64,000 bases of DNA, taken from Azolla caroliniana (Eukaryota > Plantae > Polypodiophyta). The stretch is from contig JBHGNT010000006.1 of assembly GCA_043228905.1 (NCBI GenBank), positions 18,910,001 through 18,974,000 of the forward strand, given 5' to 3'. The notes beneath the pieces were generated by a model. The model was not told the DNA's origin and searched no databases. It worked only from the letters and a program-made list of their open reading frames with translations. The translations under genes were made by a program, and so were the position numbers. This document shows, in pieces, positions 12,958-26,090 of this stretch (the stretch's first letter is position 1; every line of letters starts with the position of its first letter).

Positions 12958-15900
12958 TGTCGGGGTAGTGTGGTTCGTGCGGCGAAGTCACAGGGACTAA
13001 GGTTAAAGGGAGTTGACAAAACTTTTATAAGGCTTTGCGCACAAATGTTAGGAAGATTAAGGATAAGAAGAATAAGAGTTTAAAGTAATGTGTGTGAGAG
13101 AGATGAGCATAGATAAAAGATAGAGAGAATGTATGATTTAAGAAGAAAGAGTATAAGATATGAACATGATTTATATTAAGAAAACAAGTTTTTACCAACG
13201 TTGCAATGCTTTATAAGCAGATGAACCCTTTCTCTACCGACTCTTGATTTGAACCCTTGACTCGAACTTGGAAACATGAGCCTCTTCACTAACAAGCTAA
13301 CTTATTTATTTCAGTAATTATGTTCTAACTTTCTCTGCTTGATTGATTCCCCAGTTTTCCCTTTTCATCCCTTAATTCCTTACCACTCTTTATAGGTTCT
13401 CTCATGCATATGATGATATGGGGGTGCATGGCATGCATGTAATGCATGTGATGCATGTGATGCATGATCGCCATTTGGCGCACATGCTTTACATGTGATG
13501 CATGATAGCCATCATGCTCATCTAAGCTCTAATGTATGAAGATACACACGTCATAAGTATAATGATAAAAACATAATTATAGAAAATAACTTATCCTAAT
13601 GGTATATGCTTTATCCTTGGTGTGTGAGGTTACGGGTTCAAGTCTCTCAAATGTTATTTAATACAATATTCAAGTTTATTTTTATATCGTGAAGCAAATC
13701 CTTCACGACACCCATCCCCTCTAAACTTGCACACTAGTTGTGCAAAGTTCATCCAAAGTCTTGGAAAAACTCTTCATTCCGTTTCTTAACTGGATGTCCC
13801 CTCAAGCATTCTTTGTTTCTTTCATGGTTATGCGTCATGGTTAAGATATGGCCCCTCTTCCTTCCATCCTGACTCTTGATCTTCACGAAAACCGAATCAT
13901 CCTTAATCATAGTTGTTTCCATCCTTACTACGTTGATGTATGGTTCACCATCCATTGTTTCAATACTCACTACATTGATGTATGGTTGACCAAGGATGAC
14001 GGGGTAGGTTGATCGATCCTGCACAAAGAAATTTTGATTCACCGACACATCACCAATTGTTACCTTCACACTAGGACATGCTCCGAATAGATCCTTCGTA
14101 GTATCTGTGGTAGCTCTTATTTTCCACCCATGATTCTTGTCGATCGGCCACCGTCCTCGAGCATAAAATTCCGATGACATCATGTTAATCTCGGATCCAT
14201 GATCGATCAAAGCAATACATGGAATTTGTTGCTCCCCAATTTTTGCAGGTGCCTCCGTTGTTGCTCTAGCCCAATGGTCCCTTGTGTAGTGACTCCTATC
14301 CCCTTCATGGACGCAAACATCATTCCGGTTTTTTACACTTGCAGCATTGATGGTGCCAACATACAAATCTTGGAGTGTTGCTGCACACCCTCCCGTAATT
14401 TCCTCCGTCACCTGTCTCTTCCTTCTAATAATATCTATGATAACTTCATGAAATTCTTTCTTTGCTATACCCAACACTTCTCTTAATGTAAATTCTACCT
14501 TACTATTTAATATTCTTGTTTCTAGTACCTTTTTTATATCCGTCGTTGTTTCTATGTCAGAGGCAAGCTTGAAAGATGGGGTTGTCTTTCCTTTTACTTT
14601 ATTAGCTTCCTTCGGCTCAGTAGCACCCTTTTCCATCTCCCTTCTCTTCTGTTCTCGTGTCTCATGTCTCTTTGTCGGATCAACTTCCTCAGCTCTCTTC
14701 TGCTTCTCTTCCACTAGCACATCTTGTGCATTCACTTGGGTGAATGCTGATAGCGCGTCTACTGGATCATTCCATCCAGTGAAGTTTCGTATTTCATCTC
14801 CCGCTCTTTTTAATTCATCCACTCGAACCTTCCCTTTTCTTGCATAATCCATCACATCTTGCCAAAAGCTAGATCCACCATATGAGTCTTCTACGTGCAA
14901 CCCTAACATTGTCACATATTGTATTGTTTGAGTTGTTTCTTTCTCGGCATCTTCCATTAGCTTTTTCATTCCACCTCGCCCGAAGTTGAGTTGAAGTGGT
15001 TGTCGAGTGAATCTTACCATCTTGATAATAGATTTTATCATGATTAAGAGCATCCCTATGTTCTTGACAATCTTTCTTCTAGTGGTCGACATTGTCACAC
15101 CACATACACCTTCGGACCATGCCACCTCCTTGCCTTGACAAAGTTGAGCTTTGTCCCGATTCCAACTTCGTCACCTTGATCGACAAGTCTTTCATGCCTT
15201 TCATCAACTCATGCAAGAGTGACTCTTCTATTTTCTTCTCTCCCAACTCGTTCCCTGTTTCTTCATCATTTTTGTCGGGCAACTCCATAAACCATAACTT
15301 TCTTTTGCAGAAATGGGCGCACGCCCTTTTCACCTCCTCCTAGTCTTCGGTAAGTCCACTTGGACTATTCTGATCTTCTAAGTGCATTCCTAAGTCCTTC
15401 CTGTCTTTAATATTAGTAGCTTGTAGAAACAATATTACTTTATCTGGCACTATTATATTTCTATCTCTAACATTTAGTTGCTCAAATCTTTCAGAAAACT
15501 CTTTTAATACTTCCAAAACACTTAAATGTTTATTAGACTCTACCCAATCCATGAAACCTCGCCTTGTCATCCTTGACATATCGTTGAGGTTGTATTCATT
15601 TAACAATACTCTTTCGAAAGTCGCCCATGTCTGATGTTCCCTCTGGAGCTCTTGGATCCTCTCTTGTAGCCCAATCGCAGCGACTCGACTAAAGCTATTA
15701 ATTTTTGCAGCTTCGTTGACACCGCGTTTAAGCATTTCTTCATCAGAAATCTTCAGAAATCTTGTTAAATTTATACCTTCGAAGATTCCTACTCGTGCGA
15801 GAATATTGTCGACGGCTTTGTCGATGCTTGCCATCATCCCTTGTTCCCGCATCACTCGTTCCATCATCGTACACATAAGCCTCATTTGCTCCTCCATTTC

Positions 15901-16685
15901 TCCTCGTCGTCGCCTTCACGTTGGGTTCACCAAATGTGTCGGGGTAGTTGTGGTTCGTGCGGCGAAGTCACAGGGACTAGGGTTAAAGGGAGTTGACAAA
16001 ACTTTTATAAGGCTTTGCGCACAAATGTTAGGAAGATTAAGGATAAGAAGAATAAGAGTTTAAAGTAATGTGTGTGAGAGAGATGAGCATAGATAAAAGA
16101 TAGAGAGAATGTATGATTTAAGAAGAAAGAGTATAAGATATGAACATGATTTATATTAAGAAAACAAGTTTTTACCAACGTTGCAATGCTTTATAAGCAG
16201 ATGAACCCACCCTTTCTCTACCGACTCTTGATTTGAACCCTTGACTCGAACTTGGAAACACGAGCCTCTTCACCAACAAGCTAACTTGTTTATTTCATTA
16301 ATTATGTTCTAACTTTCTCTTCTTGATTGATTCCCCAGTTTTCCCTTTTCATCCCTTAATTCCTTACCTCTCTTTATAGGTTCTCTCATGCATATGATGA
16401 TATGGGGGTGCATGGCATGCATGTAATGCATGTGATGCATGATCTCCATTTGGCGCACATGCTTTACATGTGATGCATGATAGCCATCATGCTCATCTAA
16501 GCTCTAATGTATGAAGATACACACGTCATAAGTATAGTGATAAAAACATAATTATAAAAAATAATTTATCCTAATGGTATATGCTTCATCCTTGGTGTGT
16601 GAGGTTACGGGGTTAAGTCTCTCAAATGTTATTTAATACAATATTCAAGTTTGTTTTTATATCGTGAAGCAAATCCTTCACGACA
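12958..16685 (-). mobile_element. Non-autonomous gypsy-type LTR element carrying gag and protease only, with ~750-bp LTRs
   Basis: LTRs 12958-13710 and 15937-16685 (TG..CA). 4-bp TSD ACGG. PBS TGGTGAACCCAACGTGAA (tRNA-Trp-like). PPT AGAGGGGATGGG. Confidence 0.9.
13749..15897 (-). pseudogene. Gag with zinc knuckle and aspartic protease (one stop, one frameshift)
   Basis: ORFs 15340-15897, 15079-15333 (CMWCDNVDH knuckle) and 13749-15125 (ALIDHGSEINMM, VILGQPY). Confidence 0.8.
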
Positions 16686-17773
16686 ACGGTATAACCGAAA
16701 AGTTTGTCGGTTATATAGATGCTGACTGGGCTGGTGATGAGTCGGATCGTCGGTCAACATCCGGCTTCATGTTTTCTCTTGGTAGCATGGCTGTTGCATG
16801 GAGTAGCAAGAAGCAGTTGACAATGGCTCTATTGAGCACTAAGGAGCTACCGTCGCGACTTGTGAAGCCATTTGGCTTCGGCGGCTGATGCAGGACCTGT
16901 GGATCATTGTACTGACTCCGATATTGATCTATTGCGGCAACATCAGTAGCATGCAACTGGCCAAGAACCTTGTGTTCCATGCTCGGACAAAGCACATAGA
17001 AGTGCATTATCACTTTGTGCGCGAGCGGGTCCTAAGCGGTGAAGTCGAACTCCGGTATGTTCAAACAGATCGGCATGTTTCCTCATCTTCACCAAGCCAT
17101 TCGGATTAGACAAGTTGCAACACTTTTCAGATATGCTTAGGATACAACATCTCAACGTGCCACACTTGAAGGGGAGAACTAGAACAGGAACCAAGAGAAC
17201 AGGTAAGGGCACAACCGGAGAGGAGGAGAACAAAACCGAAATAGGGGGAGACAAGGACACAAAGAAAGTCGAATTAACTGAAGAGGACGACACATTTGAT
17301 AAAATCAGAACAAGTGGCAACGGCGGCAGAGTCAAGAAGGATAGAACCGACCGGAAGATGAAGGCCAAGACCCGTACATGGTCTGATGTGGTGAAGGGCT
17401 TGAAGATTGAAGATGAATTGGAGATAGACAATTCGGACAAGTGTTGGAACGAGCCGGAGGAAACCGATTGGAGGAACCAAATCAATTGAAGGCCAAACGG
17501 ACGAGAAGGGAATGAAAATCGATGCTGACACGGAGGAACCGACGGGTCGAGAAGTGTCGAAGTCATAGTAGAGACGAAGCTAAGATGGGCATGATGAGCA
17601 AACAAGCCAACAACCCGACCGAGAAGGTCAAGGAGCGCGGAATTAGATGGGTCATGGAAAGTGGAACCGGTCAAGGAGCATGAGCAAGGCGGGAAGACGC
17701 CAAGAGGAGCCAGAGAAAAGGATCGACGGACACTGACACTACGATTCGACCTCAAGTTGAGCTTGAGGGGGAA

Positions 17774-18243
17774 TGTTGAGCGGACAAGGTCAACATGATC
17801 CGGATCAGCTGAATAAGCCAAGAGCCGGATTGATGTCCGATAAGGTGAGCCGAATTCGGGAGCCGGATAGGAGAACCAGATTCATGTGCGAACCGATAGG
17901 CCGTTGGAGGCCTATGCTCCTAGTCTACTAGGTAGTTATGGTTCTAGGAGTTAGTGTTAGTAGCTCAGTACGAGCATTGAAGTACTTGTTAGTGCTTCTA
18001 TTAGTCCTTCTAAGGACTTGTATAAAAAGTGCTCTAAAGCACATTTGTAAGTACATAGTGTTGTGTATTATTTTTGAAATAGAGTTTTACTGTTCTGCTA
18101 TTGCTCTCTCTCTCTCTCTCTCTCTTTGTCGCTCCTGCGTACTCTGTGTGTGTTTCAAGCTTTCCATTAAACCTACATATATTTTCTGTTGCTATCCGGT
18201 AGAGCCGCTTGTGTCTATATGCTTCCGCACATAACTTGTCACA
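17774..18243 (+). repeat. 3' LTR paired with 333-854
   Basis: TG..CA termini, preceded by a PPT and followed by TSD GAGTC. Confidence 0.9.
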
Positions 18244-18248
18244 GAGTC

Positions 18249-20760
18249 TATAAAAGAAAATGACATATGGAAGCTGGTTCCACTATCAGCCAGCAGAAAG
18301 GCACTGCCATGCAAATGGGTTTATAGATACAAGTATGTATCCTGTTCGAACCAACCCAAATACAAAGCTCGACTCATTGCGAAGGGGTTCGAGCAAGAAT
18401 ATGGAGTTGACTACAATGAGATCTTCTCACCGGTAGTCAAATGATGACCCTTCGGCTCATATTAAGAGTTGTCACAATAGAAGATCTAGAGCTTGAGCAA
18501 ATGGATGTCAAGACAATTTTCTTGCACAGAGATTTGGAGGAAGACATTTACATGTCTCAACTGGCTGACTTCACGGTGACGGGGGAGGAAGGTCACCTCA
18601 TATGTCAACTAAACAAAAGCCTATACAACTTGAAGTAAGCGTTGTGTATGTGGTACGAGAAATTCGACTCCCACATTGGGCACCTTGGATAATAGATGAT
18701 TCGACTCCGACCCATGCATGCACGTAGAGGAAATATCCAAAGAGTCCTAGATTTACCTAATCCTTTATGCGGATGGCATGCTCATTGCAAGCCACGATAG
18801 AGCTGAAATCGGGAAATTAAAGCGGCAACTTCACAAGACACTCTCGATGAAGGAACTCGGAGAAGCCCAACATATTCTAGGCATGAGGATAGAGCGAGAT
18901 AGGATGAAGAAGATCCTACCGCACTCCCAATCTGAGTATATCCGAAAGGTTTTGAACAAGTTCAATATGGACAAGTCGAAACCCACACCGACTTAGCTCC
19001 CAACGTCGATATGACTATCGGACAAAGACTCTCCCTCCACAGAGGTCGAGAGAGAGCAAATGAGAGAGATCCCCTATGCATCGGCAGTAGGAAGTCTCAT
19101 GTATGTGATGGTAGCTACCCAACCGACCTTGCATATGCCGTAGGCGCTACCGACTGCTACATGTTTAATCTAGGGAAGAAGCACTGGGAAGCTATCAAGC
19201 ACATATTTTGATACCTTCAGGGAACAATGGATATGTAGCTAATTTTTTATTTAGGACATCGGACCGAGGTTGAAGGCTTTGCCGACTCCGATTATGTTGG
19301 AAATCCTGACAATTGGATGTCGACATTAGGTTATGTGTTCATCTTCGCCGGCTAAGCAATCTCATGGAGGTCAAAACTCCAAGAATTTACTGCTCTCTCC
19401 ACAACAGAGGCCGAATACATTGTCGTGTTAGAAGCAACCAAGGAAGCTATCTGGCTGCAACGACTGTTTGCTGACTTTTCAAATTACTCTGACCTTGCAT
19501 TACAACTCATAGAGCGCAATACACCTTGTGCGGAATCCGGTATATCATGCAAAGATGAAGCACATAAAGATAAAGTACCATCACATTCGGGAGCTCGTCA
19601 TTGACAAGAAACTTGAAGTCTGAAAGATTGATACTGAGGTGAATATCGATGTGTTAGGAAACAGGTCCCTCCGGATGGGAAGTGAGAAGAACCGGATGTG
19701 GCGTACCCGGCAACGGAAGACCCGGTGAGAACTGGATGTGGCGTACCCGGCAACGGAAGACCCGGTGAGAACCGGATGTGGAGTACCTGGCAATGGAAGA
19801 CCCGGTGAGAACCTCTCATCGGATGGAAGGGACATATATGTAAATATGTTCCAGAGAGCCCACCGGGGCTATATTTGTAAATAACCCGAAAGTCATATTA
19901 GTATAAATATGACCTAGTGCAAACGTAATATGATGATGATGATAGAGTTGTTGTTGTAACCTCTGTACAGTGCGTAAGAGAGAGAGAGAGAGAGAGCGAC
20001 ATACAGAGATTGTGTCTCTGTTGTAACCGCCACGAGGCGAAGATTGTGAGCAAGAGGTCATTGCCTCTGTGCTCCCTATTGTATTACTTTACATAGTGAT
20101 AGTTTGGGGTCTATGGACTCCCGTGGTTTTTCCCTCTCAGGGTTTTCCACGTTAATATCCTGTGTCTTCTCTTTTTTGTTTGTTCGTGCACTTACCTCCA
20201 TTCCCATTTCTTCTGTGTTCGATTGTATCAAGTGATTTACCCTTCGGTTGTTGCCGAAGATTATTCCGCGTATTTCTTGACACGATGATTGCTTGACGAA
20301 GCCACTCCCAGATAATCACTTCAAAGCACTAAGGAGATAGATGGAACTACAACAAGTTGTAGAGGATGGAATAGTCGAATCAAAGGAAGCAGGAAAAGAA
20401 GATGAGTTGCAAGGCCAAAGAGCCGAAAGGGCTTATAAGGTCAATGGGGCATATAGGGTTGAAATGGCCGAAAGCACCGAAAGAGCCAACCAAACTGAAA
20501 AGTAGACCACGCAGAAGAGTCGACAAAGTCGACTCAATCCAACTCGACCACTCTCTATTTAAAGAATCAACTCATAGCTTGTCATCTAATTGTATCATAT
20601 GGTACTCAAGCTTATGGGGTAGATCACCTCTGAATTATTGTAACAATTAAGAGTGGTCCTTTTACGGGGAATTTGTTGAACTAAAAGTCCTACTCCGACC
20701 ATTGTATCTTTTAGTCTGAACACTCCTTGGGAGTTAGGGCTTAGTTACCTAATGTTCCCT
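18249..20760 (+). pseudogene. Continuation of the host Tnt1/Tork-like copia RT-RH; truncated 3' LTR from 20674
   Basis: Motifs QMDVKTIFLH, KHWEAIKHIF and HAKMKHIKI. PPT then TGTTGAAC at 20674, similar to the LTR at 9103. Confidence 0.8.
19652..20282. mobile_element. Solo LTR with three 40-bp internal tandem repeats
   Basis: TG..CA termini. Perfect TSD CGATG at 19647-19651 and 20283-20287. Unit GAGAACCGGATGTGGCGTACCCGGCAACGGAAGACCCGGT at ~19687-19813. Confidence 0.9.
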
Positions 20761-23159
20761 AATGACCAATCACAGAGGTCGACTAAACACACAAAGGTCA
20801 AACGACTTACTCAGAGTTGTTTTATCAATAAGATTGTGGTCAGAGATTGGAGTCGGTCGACTCTGATTACTACTAAAACATATATTGATACTAATTACAT
20901 ATTTAACTCACTTTGATTGTCTGTATAGATCACGAGTAAAAGGAAATTCAGATTAGTAGTTAATACAGATTTCTAAATAATAATTAAGAGTATAGAATAA
21001 CAGCTTCACATAGAATATACTCTAACTCAAAATATTATATTAAACTTAACAATACAGATCGATCATTATACAATGTTCTTGGCCCCTTCTTATAGGTGGC
21101 CTGAGAGTCTTTTCAAGAATCTTACAACTGCCCTATTCAGCAAGAACTCTTCGGTTACAACTTAACAAACTGTAATAATAATTTTTATACTTGCCCTATT
21201 AATATATTTCAACTATTACTTTTACTTTGTTTGATTTTACACATGTTTGATACAATATATTACATTCGACTCCGACTCCGATTATGACTATACTTTGACT
21301 ATGACCATACTTTGACTATGACTATACTTTGACTACGACTAACTACGACTAGCTTGTCGACCCATGTACTTTGCTAGCCGACCGATCAACACATGGCATG
21401 CCCGTGGGATAGTGCCTTGCACGATCTAACCCAAAATCAGGAGCTAGTCGTCCACGCCACCATTTAGCTCCTGCGTGTCGTCCATGTTGGTGTCTGAGAC
21501 CGTCAATGCGGAAACAAGAACATCTATACTTAGAAGATCACAAAGTTAGCATGGTAGAGCAAGATCAAAGAGACAAGAGTGAGCAAAAGAGAGACAGAGA
21601 ATGACACACAATATGTAACTATATTATTTGAACTCAGAGTTACAATAGGATGGAGACAACAACCTTAACACTAGGTTACAAGGCCAATTATATAGTAACC
21701 GAGCTAGGGCAACTACCCTTTGACATATTTACAGAATTGTCCTAAACCTAGTTTGTCAAAGGAACAATGTCAATACAACCATTTGAAACCCGTATTCGAC
21801 ACTCCCTCGTAATGGGTGTATACACTATGGAGAAACTTGTAATATGAAACAAGATGTACATGTTATACAAAGAGATGCTTGAGTAGATCGGCTTGTGGCT
21901 GAATCAATAGAAACCAAGAGAATACAAATGCCGAGTCGGCTGGTTAGAGTGCAGAAGCCGGTTTGGTTGTCAGGCAAGTGCTCGAAACTATCTTTGTTGT
22001 CCAACTCGATTGGATTGAATGCTCCTTAAGCCATCTAGTGCTGAAGTGACCGAAATCGATCAGATGTGAGACACTTGGTCATCCTGTCTGATATGTTGTC
22101 AATCCTGGAGATCTTCTCGAGGATGAATTTTCCTTAAGTTACATAGTCTTGAAAAAAGTGATACCGAACGTCGATATGCTTGGAGGTGTTGTGATGAACC
22201 TGATTCTTTGACAAAGTGACAACACCCTGATTGTCACTATAGACAATTGGAGCCAAATCGGGGTCAACTTGTCAAAATGTACACGCCAACCGACTGAGCC
22301 ATAGAGCCTCTTTTGCAACATCAGACGCAGCTACGTATCTGGCCTTGGTCGTTGAAGTGGTCGTGCAATCCTAAAGTTTTGACTTCCACGAAATTGGTCC
22401 ATTGCTGAATTTGAAGCAATATCCGGTTGTTGACTTTTGACTATCCACATAACCAACAAAGTCCAAGTCGGTGTAACCAACTACGCCTGGGTTCTTGTTC
22501 AGACTGGAGGATGCCAAGGTCTTGTGTGCCTACCAGGTATCTGAATACATGCTTGACTATATTCATACGATCGGCATGGGTTGTGCATGAATCTGCTGAC
22601 GACTCCTACGGCATGAGCAATGTTAGGCCGTGTCGCAACCATCGCATACATCAAGGAGCCAACTACCTATTAGAGACATGAACTAATGTAAGCATAAAAT
22701 AAATATAAACAATAGATCTAGATAGAAAGGAGAGAGAGAAAGAACGATGTCGATCCACCTGACCACCCCCGAGCGAAGGAATCAAGACAGACTCGAGCCT
22801 CGATCGACATCCCATACCACCGCCGTGGCGTCGAGTCGTACCTGGTGATGGCGCGCTTGCTACAAGAGTTGACCCACCACAAGACAGAGTCTCGACGTAG
22901 TCAACAAAATGATGAAATGAGGGTAGCTAGGCCTCTTATTTATAGCGATACCCAAGGCCCCTAGGCAAGTTCACACTTGGCCTAATGGGTTGTCTCAACC
23001 CCGAGGATTAAAAGTAATCCTCCCCTTCTTTACACTCTTGTTTAACCCTCACACTTATCCACGTGTATAGAATACTATGATAAATTCTCACCACGGGATA
23101 TTATATGGTCATGCCCGTAACATACTCCCCCTCTTTAAAACATTGCACTCTTGCAATGG

Positions 23160-26090
23160 AAAGTTAGGGAAGTTAGTTCTGAGGGTATTTTCGCATTCCC
23201 ATGTGGCATCTTTTATTGATTTATCCATCCATTTTATTTTAAATTCTCGGATTTCTTTAGTACGTAATTTTTTTGTTTTAACATCAAGAATTCTTTCTGG
23301 TACATGTGGTTTAGAAGATAATTCTTCAAAAGTAACCGAGTTTCAGTTGTAACTGTATTGTCGCCAAAACGTAGAAGTTCTTTTAGACGACTCACATGAA
23401 AAACTGGATGAATTTTAACACCATCGGGAAGAGCGAGACGATAGGCTGATGACCCAATGTGTTTGAGGACTGTAAAAGGTCCACAAAACCGTGGGGCTAA
23501 CTTAGCGCACTTACCCTTAGATAATGTCTTAGAATTGTGAGGTACACGTAAAAATACCTTTTGTCTAGGGTTGAATACACAAGGTTGCCTATGATGATCG
23601 GCATAAAAACGCGCTCTATCTTGAGCTGTTTTTATATTATCTCGTGCAATATGCAACATATCTTGCATATCCCGAAGAAAGTTTTGCGTACTTTGCAACT
23701 CATCATGATGTATATTAACATCAATCAGGGCTCGTGGCTGAAAACCATACATCAACATAAAAGGACTATATCCCGTCGATGTATGCTTGGAGCTGTTATA
23801 AGCAAACTCCAAAATTGCGAGATAATGTTCCCATTTTGTTGGTTTTGCACCAACGTATGCTCGTAGCATGTCCTCAATAATTTGATTTACTCGTTCTGTC
23901 TGTCCATCGTATTGAGGATGATCCGTGGAGCTCATGCTCAATGTAGTTTCTAACTTCTTGAAGACTTGCGTCCAGAAGTCACTAGTAAACTTTAGATCTC
24001 GATCACTCATGATATCCATCGGTAACCCATAAAAACGAAATAACTCGTCAATGAATTGGTAAGCCAATTCAGGAGCTGTTACTGTGGTTTTAGTTGCAAT
24101 AAATCTGGCCATTTTAGTTAGTCTATCAACCACAACCTAGACGGCATCATGGCCTTTTTGGGTGCGAGGAAGGGTAACAATAAAATCCCTGGAGACGGTC
24201 AATTAGATCGTCAGATCGGGGCAATGGATACGAATTCTTGTTCGTCACTTTATTCAAGTGTCGGTAATTAATACACATACGCCATGTGCCCTCTTTCTTT
24301 TTAACCACGAGAACTGGTGCACCCCATGGAGATTTACTAATAACGTATATAACCCATTCGTAAATAGTCCTTGAGTTGCTTAGATACCTCATCCTCTTCG
24401 GATCGACTTAAGCGATAAGGAGGTATACTTATTGGTGCAATGCCAGGTACAATATCTATATGATGGTCTATATTACGTTTAGTAGGTAACCCATCTGGTA
24501 GTTCATTTGAAAAAACATCATGAAAATCATTTAAGATTTCATCAAGTTGTTGTTGTTCAAAATATGTTAACTGAACTGAGACATTATTGATATTGTAAAC
24601 GTGAATGTCCGGATCAAGTACACAATAAAATAGAGTAGAACAAGACAACTCGGATATTGATGGAGAGGAAACAGTCGAGAGGGATTGTTTTTTTTACACA
24701 TTGAATAAAATGAGTACAATCGTTCAATACAAAAGTTATTGAATGATGAACCCAATAAATAGATACAGAAGAGTTTTTATTATAGAACCAGGGATAACCC
24801 AGTATTACATAAGTGGTACAAAGATTCATTACATGGAATACTACTTCCTCTATATAAGTATCAATAGAAATTCCTAATGAATGAATCACACCGTTGATGA
24901 ATTGTACTCTTCCATCAGCCAAGTGCACCATATAGGTGTGATCACTTACGGTAGGTTGGATTCCCCATATATGAACCAAACGATCATTCACAAAATTGTG
25001 TGAGCTTCCCGAATCAAACAAAAATTGTACGGGAGATCCATTGATATACCCGTTTGCACGTAGTAAATCATTGTGACCCAATACATAGTGAGGGAAAGAA
25101 CATTGACAATTACTTAAATGATGTGTATAGACCTGAAGGACATTAGGAATCTCACCTTTATGGTTTGCAGCTTTAGTTTTGCTGTCGTGCTCTTTCCGTT
25201 GGAGCTTTCAACATTGCTCTTTTGTATGACCCTTCTTTTTGCAGAATACACAAAAAGGATGTTGTCGTTTACAATCGTGATCCATGAATTCGTTGGGTGT
25301 CTTGCGTTTCCTAGCGAATTGTGACTGCTTAGTCGTGGGCGCTTCGTTGGGTTTGTTGTGGTCCTTCTTCGAAGTGTGTTGATAGCGAAGAACTATTTCA
25401 ACGGCCTCTTCGAAGGATTTTGGATCCTTATCGTGCACTATCCAGTGATAGTCTGAATTGGGGATGCCATTGACAAAACAAGCTACTAACCAGTTGTCCC
25501 CTTCTAGACCCGACTTTTGGATTTGGGTTCTAGCATGGTGAACATAATCTTCTAGCGAGGAAAACTTCTTGCTAGAGAGGTTTATTAAATCTTGTGTTGC
25601 CTCGGTTCGAGAGGGAGGTTGCAGAAATTGGCCCTTGAAAACTGTGACAAAATCTGTCCAGGTATCGAGTAATTTCCCCAAAGTACGGAGCCCACGCCAC
25701 CACGTGGCGGCCTTACCTCCCTAGTTCTCGGTCGACATATGCAATCTTCGTACTATTTGGCGTGGGATAGAGCTCAAAATGAGACTCCCATCGGCCCAAC
25801 CACGTGTAGATTGCTTCTTCGGTTCTTTCCTTTTTTTCTCCCGTAAATGTCTTAACGACAAACGATGATTCACCCTGTCGCTCATCAGGTCTATTAGTTT
25901 CACGTTGTAAACTAATGACACGTGCCTCGAGAGCACTTTGAGATTGTCGAAGTTTGGTCATCTGTTGAGCGGTGAAACTAAGGTATTGGGTTATTTGTGA
26001 AAAATACTTCTCAATGGACATTTGTCCAGGAGGATTTCCTTGAGTTCCTTCCGCTTGAGCGGATGACATCGGGTCATTATTTTGAGCCAT
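23160..26090 (-). pseudogene. Chromovirus gag-pol: gag, knuckle, PR, RT N-terminus fused to IN, chromodomain
   Basis: Motifs [58 protein letters not shown] and HPVFHVSRLK. Chromodomain-like ILDVKT..FKIKW...DATWE. Confidence 0.85.

Larger units (their letters stand above)
12001..17773 (+). pseudogene. Second copia RT-RH pseudogene segment, interrupted by the gypsy-type insertion 12958-16685
   Basis: Restarts at ENETWDLVD, then YVDDL. Resumes after the TSD at 16690 with GYIDADWAG and ARTKHIEVHYHF. Confidence 0.8.
333..18243 (+). mobile_element. Composite copia element bounded by paired LTRs and filled with nested insertions
   Basis: Similar LTRs at 333-854 and 17774-18243. TSD GAGTC at 328-332 and 18244-18248. 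Degenerate Met PBS TGGTAGCAGA at 855. PPT TTGAGGGGGAA before 17774. Confidence 0.8.

Noticed and set aside
16943-17821. 292-aa antisense ORF as an env-like or extra gene
   Set aside because: It is the low-complexity reverse of the purine-rich extension and is not preserved as one ORF in related copies.
21265-21350. GACTATACTTT short tandem repeats
   Set aside because: This is simple slippage in unassigned LTR-like debris with no further structure.
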